From contig OZ242041.1 of the NCBI GenBank assembly GCA_965205215.1, positions 384,001-448,000 of the forward strand: DNA of 64,000 nucleotides, written 5' to 3'. The stretch is from Nitrosopumilus sp. GTDB taxonomy: Archaea; Thermoproteota; Nitrososphaeria; Nitrososphaerales; Nitrosopumilaceae. The first letter of the stretch is position 1; every line of letters begins with the position of its first letter. The notes below the pieces were generated by a model that was not told where the DNA came from, searched no databases, and saw only the letters and a list, made by a program, of their open reading frames with translations. The translations under genes and the position numbers were made by a program. Below, piece after piece: positions 57,942 through 64,000 of this stretch.

Positions 57942-59654
57942 ATGGCAATACAGGCGACGTCAAAGGGCAACATGCCCGTCGTACTCCTAAAGGAGGGCGG
58001 CACCGAGACCAAGGGCAGGGACGCGCAAAAGAACAACATTGCAGCGTCAAAGATAATCTCGGAGATAGTGCACTCCAGCCTCGGCCCGCGCGGCATGGAC
58101 AAGATGCTGGTAGACTCGCTTGGAGACGTTACGATAACAAACGACGGGGCGACCATCCTAAAGGAGATCGACGTACAGCACCCGGCGGCCAAGATGCTTG
58201 TAGAGATATCCAAGACCACCGACAACGAGGTAGGCGACGGCACCACCTCCGCGGTCGTTCTTGCCGGCGCCCTGCTTGAGAACGCCGAGTCGCTCTTGGA
58301 TCAGAACGTCCACCCCACGATCATAGTGGACGGATACCGCAGGGCGGGCAAGCAGGCCGAGGAGTTCCTCAGGGAGATTGCCGAGCCGGTCACGCCCGAC
58401 GACAGGGACGTCCTGACGAAGATTGCAAAGACGTCCATGCAGACAAAGCTCGTGCGCAAGGACTCGGATCAGATTGCCGGGATAATAGTGGACGCGGTAC
58501 TCACGGTCTCCGAGAAGAACGGCGACGATTACGACGTCGACATCGATGACATAAAGGTCGAGAAGAAGGCGGGCGGCTCAATAAAGGACTCGTCGATAGT
58601 CCGGGGGATTGTCCTTGACAAGGAGATTGTACACGGCGGAATGCCAAAGGACGTCTCGGACGCGAAGATCGCGCTCCTCAACACGGCGCTCGAGATCAGC
58701 AAGACCGAGACGGACGCCAAGATCAACATATCCGATCCGCAGCAGCTAAAGTCCTTCCTTGACGAGGAGAACAACATGCTCAAGTCGATGGTCGACAAGG
58801 TGACCGGCACCGGGGCCAACGTGGTTTTGTGCCAGAAGGGAATAGACGAGATGGCGCAGCACTATCTGGCAAAGGCCGGGATAATTGCGGTCAGGCGCAT
58901 AAAGGAGAGCGACCTTACAAAGCTCTCGAGGGCCACCGGCGGCAGGGTGGTTACGAACCTTGACGATCTGTCAGCAGACGACCTGGGCGCGGCCTCGCTG
59001 GTGGAGGAGAGGAAGATAGAAGAGGACAAGTGGGTCTTTGTGGAGGGATGCAAGAACCCAAAATCCGTTACACTGCTCCTGCGCGGAGGCTCGCAGAGGG
59101 TCGTCGACGAGGCGGAGCGCTCCGTCCACGACGCGCTGATGGTAGTCAGGGACGTCATACTGAACCCGTCCGTGGTGGCAGGCGGAGGCTCGCCTGAGAC
59201 CTTTGCGGCCACAAAGCTCCGGAGCTGGGCAAAGTCCCTGGAGGGCAGGGAGCAGCTTGCCGCAGAAAAGTTTGCCGACTCCCTCGAGTCGCTTCCGCTT
59301 ACCCTTGCAGAGAACGCCGGGATGGACCCGATAGACACGCTGACGCTCCTGCGCTCAAAGCAGCAGCGCGGCGAGAGCTGGACGGGCATCGACGTGATGG
59401 AGGCGAGGATCGCAAGCATGAAGAACAGCGAGATAATCGAGCCCCTCTCAGTAAAGCTGCAGGTCACGTCGTCGGCGACGGAGGCCGCCTGCATGATTCT
59501 CAGGATTGATGACGTCATCGCCACGCAAAAGTCCGCCGGGGGACCCCCGGGAGGCGGGGAAGGCGGCATGCCCGGAATGGGTGGCATGGGCGGCATGCCC
59601 GGAGGAATGCCCGGAATGGGCGGCGGCATGCCCGACATGGGCGGAATGATGTAG
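57942..59654 (+). CDS. Thermosome (group II chaperonin) subunit
   Basis: SLGPRGMDKM, TNDGATIL, GDGTTS, GGM tail. Confidence 0.97.
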   Translation: MAIQATSKGNMPVVLLKEGGTETKGRDAQKNNIAASKIISEIVHSSLGPRGMDKMLVDSLGDVTITNDGATILKEIDVQHPAAKMLVEISKTTDNEVGDGTTSAVVLAGALLENAESLLDQNVHPTIIVDGYRRAGKQAEEFLREIAEPVTPDDRDVLTKIAKTSMQTKLVRKDSDQIAGIIVDAVLTVSEKNGDDYDVDIDDIKVEKKAGGSIKDSSIVRGIVLDKEIVHGGMPKDVSDAKIALLNTALEISKTETDAKINISDPQQLKSFLDEENNMLKSMVDKVTGTGANVVLCQKGIDEMAQHYLAKAGIIAVRRIKESDLTKLSRATGGRVVTNLDDLSADDLGAASLVEERKIEEDKWVFVEGCKNPKSVTLLLRGGSQRVVDEAERSVHDALMVVRDVILNPSVVAGGGSPETFAATKLRSWAKSLEGREQLAAEKFADSLESLPLTLAENAGMDPIDTLTLLRSKQQRGESWTGIDVMEARIASMKNSEIIEPLSVKLQVTSSATEAACMILRIDDVIATQKSAGGPPGGGEGGMPGMGGMGGMPGGMPGMGGGMPDMGGMM

Positions 59655-59713
59655 TAGCGCCGCGGCGCTTGGCGGCTCAAGGTTTATTTGATTAGCCCAA
59701 GACCGGCCTGACG

Positions 59714-60001
59714 ATGGCACTTGAGAAGGGCACCCTCCTGATGGGCGGCTTCAAGTATGTATACATTATAGTCTTCTTCATGTTCCTTGCCGGCTTCTTC
59801 CACCCGCTGATAACCAACACCAGTTTTGACATCGTGGTGATCGGGGTGCTGGTCCTCCTGCTGGGCCTCGCCGGCGGCATACTGCTGTACAGGTCGGCCA
59901 CCGACAGCGGCAGCGGAAAGAGGGGCGCGATTCTCGGGGCCGGCTTTGGCCTGATGGCCGTATCCGCGCTGGCAATCTACTACATGACCGGCAGGGTCTG
60001 A
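59714..60001 (+). CDS. Small three-TM hypothetical protein
   Basis: Three hydrophobic helices; AT-rich promoter. Confidence 0.72.
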   Translation: MALEKGTLLMGGFKYVYIIVFFMFLAGFFHPLITNTSFDIVVIGVLVLLLGLAGGILLYRSATDSGSGKRGAILGAGFGLMAVSALAIYYMTGRV

Positions 60002-60019
60002 CGGGCGCACGCCGCGCAG

Positions 60020-61480
60020 CTAGACGTCAAAGTACAGGTAAAACTCGTGCGGGTGCGGCCTGATCGATATCTCGCGCTGGTCCCTCCTCTCCAGCTCTAT
60101 CACCTTGTCTATCACGTCGTCCGTGTATATGGACAGCAGGAACTTTCTGTCGCTCTCAAGCTCGTTGAGCGCGTCGCCCAGGCTCTTTGGCAGCACGTCG
60201 ATTCCGCGCTTTGCCCTGTCTGAGCGCGTCATCTTGAATATGTCGTCGTGTATCTGGTCGCCGGGCTCCATCTTCTTCTTGACGCCGTCCATGCCGGCCG
60301 CCGTTATGGCGGCGAACACCAGGTACGGGTTTGAGGACGGGTCGGGCGCCCTGAACTCCAAGCGCTTTAGGTGGGCGTACTGCTTGCCCGTCAGGTGCCT
60401 CGGGACCCTGACTATTGCCGAACGGTTCCCCGAACTCCACGCGATATATGCGGGCGCCTCGTAGCCGGGCACGAGCCTGTGGTACGAGTTCGTGGTGGGG
60501 TTGCAGATGGCGGAGAGCGCCTTTGCGTGCTCTATGACGCCGCCGCAAAAGTAGCGCGCCGTCTGGCTCAGCTCGTCCTCGCTGCCCGAGTCGTAGAACA
60601 TGTTCCGGTCCTTCTTCCAGAGACTGACGTTGACGTGCATTCCGCTGCCCGAGTCCATCGCAATGGGCTTGGGCATCATGGTGGCCACCTTGCCGTACTT
60701 TTGCGCTATGTTCCTGATTACGTACTTGTATGACTGCGCTGCGTCGGCCGCGTTGGTCAGGTGGTCATACCTGATGTCGATCTCGCACTGGCCCGCCGTC
60801 GCGACCTCGTGGTGGTGGTTGTCGCACAGTATCCCGAAGTTGTTCTGCAGTATGTTTACGCACTCGTTCCGGTATGGCGTAAGCGTGTCAGACGGGGTGC
60901 TCGGATAGTACCCCTCTTGGAGCCCCATCGGATACCCGTCGCCCTCCTGGCTCCACGGGGCCTCCTTGGACTCTATGGAGTATGACTGGCCCTTGTATGG
61001 CGTGAGCACGTCCCAGTGCACCTTGTCAAAGACAAAGAACTCTACCTCGGGGCCCCACGTTGAGTAGTCAAAGCCCTGGGACTTGATGTACTCCTCGGCC
61101 TTTTGCGCGATCCCCCTGGGGTCACGCGAGAGCCTGCCGCGGTCGCCCCCCCAGTATACGTCGCACAGCAGGCGCGCCGTCTTGTTCTCCGTCATCCACG
61201 GGATTATGGCAAACGTGTTGGGGTCCGGCTTTAGCAGCAGGTCCGAGTCGTCGATGCTGGTGAACCCTATTATCGACGAGCCGTCGAGCTTTGGCAGGCC
61301 GTCCCTCATCTGCTCCGGCGTGAAGGTGGCGGCCGATATGGTGGTATGGTGGAAGTGCCCGGTCAGTCCCGTAAACTGCAGGTCGATAAACTGGATGTTC
61401 TCGTGCTGTATCCTTGAGAAGACCTCGTCGGGTGAAAACTGAACCTGTATCGCCTTACCGTGACTGACTCTGTATGGCAT
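60020..61480 (-). CDS. glnA: Glutamine synthetase type I
   Basis: DGSSI, GPEVEFF, HHEVA, MPKP, GSGMH, RLVPGYEAP, EFRAPD. Confidence 0.97.
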   Translation of the reverse strand: MPYRVSHGKAIQVQFSPDEVFSRIQHENIQFIDLQFTGLTGHFHHTTISAATFTPEQMRDGLPKLDGSSIIGFTSIDDSDLLLKPDPNTFAIIPWMTENKTARLLCDVYWGGDRGRLSRDPRGIAQKAEEYIKSQGFDYSTWGPEVEFFVFDKVHWDVLTPYKGQSYSIESKEAPWSQEGDGYPMGLQEGYYPSTPSDTLTPYRNECVNILQNNFGILCDNHHHEVATAGQCEIDIRYDHLTNAADAAQSYKYVIRNIAQKYGKVATMMPKPIAMDSGSGMHVNVSLWKKDRNMFYDSGSEDELSQTARYFCGGVIEHAKALSAICNPTTNSYHRLVPGYEAPAYIAWSSGNRSAIVRVPRHLTGKQYAHLKRLEFRAPDPSSNPYLVFAAITAAGMDGVKKKMEPGDQIHDDIFKMTRSDRAKRGIDVLPKSLGDALNELESDRKFLLSIYTDDVIDKVIELERRDQREISIRPHPHEFYLYFDV

Positions 61481-61544
61481 ATCTCTGCGCTTCAACCAAA
61501 CACAAATAGAACCATCATTTAAGGTTTGGTAAGTAGTAACTGCA

Positions 61545-62177
61545 ATGTCCGGCTCCCCCTCCGACCCCTCCGCCCCCTCCGACCCCGCGCCCTTGGACAT
61601 GGACGCACAGACCCGGCTTGGCAAGCTGTATCACATGGTGCTGCGCGAGGTGGAGGACGAGTCGGCCCTCACCGAGATTGACTCGGGGCTGTACAGGGAG
61701 ATGTCCGAGTTCATAGGAAACCTGTCGCGGCAGGAGTATGCCGGGGTGGAGGACGAGGTCAAGGACCAGGCCATAGCAGTCTCATCCGGGCTGGTCTCCA
61801 TGCTGCTGAGGACGAGACTTGAGAAGGCCTCCAAGCTCAGGGCCGCGTCCGGCGCCGAGGAGGCCTCGCATGTGATGCAACGTCTGCTTGACGAGGAAAA
61901 GTACATCCTGGACTCCGAGGAGGAGCGCGACGAGCGCCGGGAGATCATACTGTCTGCGACCAAGAGCGGCAGGTCCAAGCTCCTCGAGTCGATATCCGAG
62001 AGGCACAAGGCAGACAGGATCGTAGTCCGTTTCCTCAAGGACGCGGAGCAGATGGTGGGGGCGGACATGAGCATGTACGGGCCGTTCAGGGCAGAGGACA
62101 TCGCGACCATTCCGCACGAGAACGCGCAGGCCCTGATATCCGAGAGGTCGGCCGCGCGGGTGCGCTGGGAGGACTAG
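61545..62177 (+). CDS. GINS complex subunit (Gins51-like)
   Basis: Helical A domain (RLEK); C-terminal B domain VRFLKD..MVGADM..YGPF..EDIATIP..NA.ALI. Confidence 0.8.
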   Translation: MSGSPSDPSAPSDPAPLDMDAQTRLGKLYHMVLREVEDESALTEIDSGLYREMSEFIGNLSRQEYAGVEDEVKDQAIAVSSGLVSMLLRTRLEKASKLRAASGAEEASHVMQRLLDEEKYILDSEEERDERREIILSATKSGRSKLLESISERHKADRIVVRFLKDAEQMVGADMSMYGPFRAEDIATIPHENAQALISERSAARVRWED

Positions 62178-62219
62178 CCGCCACATAGGTAGAAATTACA
62201 AGCGCGCCCAGCGTACTGC

Positions 62220-62504
62220 ATGTCGCACACGGGAGTCGACGTGATAGATTTTCTGTTTTACACGATATATCCGGTGATCGGGCTCCTTGCCATAGAGGGG
62301 CTGGCCAGGCTCGTGCGCGCCCCGAAGTGGTCCAAGCTCTGGGCGCAGGCGGCCCTCTCAATCGGCTTTGGCGTGTACTACTGGTTCGTGCTGCCGGCGC
62401 CCCAGAACTTTCCGATGACCGCGCTCGTCCTGTTTGCGCTAGCCGCGGCCCTCATCTACCAGGGAAAGCGCGCAAGGATATCGCCTGACAAGAGCCCGTA
62501 CTAG
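62220..62504 (+). CDS. Small membrane hypothetical protein
   Basis: Three TM helices. Confidence 0.72.
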   Translation: MSHTGVDVIDFLFYTIYPVIGLLAIEGLARLVRAPKWSKLWAQAALSIGFGVYYWFVLPAPQNFPMTALVLFALAAALIYQGKRARISPDKSPY

Positions 62505-62574
62505 TTGTTAGCGGGCCTCTTCGGCGTCTGTTCGCGGTTCCCCGCCCGTTCGTCCGCCATGCCTGCGGCCGCCG

Positions 62575-62796
62575 TCAGAACCGCCCGAATATGCGCCTGA
62601 ACACGCTTGGCTTGCCGCGGCCGCCGTCCCGTATCACGCCCTTCTCCCCGAACCTCCTTGCCCTTATCTGGCTGAGCTTTACGCAGCGGTGCTCCTCGGG
62701 TAGCCTGTGCTCGGCGCAGAACGGATCCTTGCAGTAGTTGCACTGGAACGGCATGTCAGTCAAGTCCCCGCAGTAGGCGCAGTTCTCCGCGTTCAT
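62575..62796 (-). CDS. AN1-type zinc finger protein
   Basis: CAYC...PFQCNYC...FC.EHRLPE.H.C. Confidence 0.88.
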   Translation of the reverse strand: MNAENCAYCGDLTDMPFQCNYCKDPFCAEHRLPEEHRCVKLSQIRARRFGEKGVIRDGGRGKPSVFRRIFGRF

Positions 62797-63000
62797 GACA
62801 CCTGTGTGACGCTGCGGCTGTTAATCAAGTTTTAGTAGCGCGGAGTCGCGGACGCGTCGCGCGCCAATGTTGTTGGCGGCGGTGACGACGACATGTTGCA
62901 ACACGGTGACTAGCGCGGTGACTGCAACACGGTGACTGTAACGGCGCACGACGGCGACACTCCTAAAGATTTTTAGCCGCCCGCGGCCCGCCGGCCCCGT

Positions 63001-63741
63001 ATGATAAAGGACAAGGTCGCCATCGTAACGGGCGCCAGCAGCGGGATCGGGCTTGCCACCGCGCTTGCCCTCTCAAGGGCGGGCGCCAAGGTGGCCATCG
63101 GGGCCCGCCGGACCGACAAGCTGGCCGACCTTGCGGGCGTGATAGAGAAGGGGGGTGGCAGCGTCATGTACCGGAGACTTGACGTGACGCAGCGGTCCGA
63201 GTGCGAGGGGTTTGCCGCGGCCGTCCTTGAAAAATGGGGCTCCATTGACATCCTGGTGAACAACGCGGGGCTGATGCCGCTGAGCTTCTTTCAGAGCCTG
63301 AAGATAGACGAGTGGGACAGGATGGTCGACGTCAACCTCAAGGGCGTGCTGTACTGCACGGCGGCGGTCATATCCCACATGAAGGAGAAAAAGTCCGGGC
63401 ACATAATCAACATCTCGTCCGTGGCCGGCAGGACCGTGTTCCCGTCCGGCAGCGTGTACTGCGCCACCAAGCACGCGGTGACGGCGCTAAGCGAGGGCCT
63501 CAGGCAGGAGTTCAGCACGCGCTCGAACGTACGCGTCACGTGCATCGAGCCGGGCGTGGTGGACACGGAACTGAACTCCACCATAACCGACGAGTCGCTT
63601 GCCGGCTTTGTGAAAAAGGCAAAGGAGATGGAGTCGCTCAGGGCCGAGGACATTGCAGACGCAATAGTCTACGCAGCCGGGGCCCCGCCGCACGCCAACA
63701 TAAACGAGATTCTCATCAGGCCCACCACGCAGGAGCGCTGA
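63001..63741 (+). CDS. Short-chain dehydrogenase/reductase (YdfG-like)
   Basis: TGASSGIG, NNAG, YCATK, NINEILIRP. Confidence 0.92.
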   Translation: MIKDKVAIVTGASSGIGLATALALSRAGAKVAIGARRTDKLADLAGVIEKGGGSVMYRRLDVTQRSECEGFAAAVLEKWGSIDILVNNAGLMPLSFFQSLKIDEWDRMVDVNLKGVLYCTAAVISHMKEKKSGHIINISSVAGRTVFPSGSVYCATKHAVTALSEGLRQEFSTRSNVRVTCIEPGVVDTELNSTITDESLAGFVKKAKEMESLRAEDIADAIVYAAGAPPHANINEILIRPTTQER

Positions 63742-63854
63742 CAGGGCCCTGTTTTCGAACCCGCACGCCGGCCGGCGTCCGGGCCGCAGGGATGAGCGCA
63801 GTCTTCTACTACGGTACTCCTTCCCCGGCGCCTCGGCGCGCAAGGGGCCGCGCG

Positions 63855-64000
63855 TCACTTCTCTTCGGATTCGGCCTTCTCCCTTGCAAGGTGCTCCAGA
63901 ATGGCCTTTATCTCGACACCGAGTTCGCCGGGGTTTTTTGCCATGTCGAGCTTTTCTGGTATGGACTCCTTTAGGCCCTCGTCCTCCATCTCTATCCTTC
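63855..64000 (-). CDS. 3' end of a CDS running in from beyond the window (...ESIPEKLDMAKNPGELGVEIKAILEHLAREKAESEEK*)
   Basis: Open frame to TGA at 63855-63857; product unidentified. Confidence 0.5.
   Translation of the reverse strand, partial: RIEMEDEGLKESIPEKLDMAKNPGELGVEIKAILEHLAREKAESEEK

Overview
High-GC chromosomal region of an ammonia-oxidising archaeon (Nitrososphaerota/Thaumarchaeota, Nitrosopumilaceae-like; inferred from gene content and order). It spans the replication origin: ORB boxes, orc1/cdc6, PolD DP1 and DP2, and GINS. Housekeeping genes include sat/cysH/cysC/cysQ, queC/queE/folE, glyA, purN, pyrE, thrB, GGGPS, AcnX, cbiE, tfb, thermosome, glnA, and two clear plus one probable cryptic CdvB/ESCRT-III paralogues. 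Three intact mobile elements have readable ends: an ISH3-type IS (8135-9460), a single-ORF IS66 (22334-23984) and a 3.85-kb IS6-like cargo transposon (53752-57602; 35-bp TIRs, 8-bp TSD). The cargo transposon is the main finding. It carries an atypical long-variable-arm tRNA with an ACG anticodon, a DNA methyltransferase-HNH fusion, a 6x16-bp tandem array and three small ORFs. Several intergenic regions look like unannotated structured RNAs. All calls come from motif recognition by eye; no searches were run and start codons are estimates.
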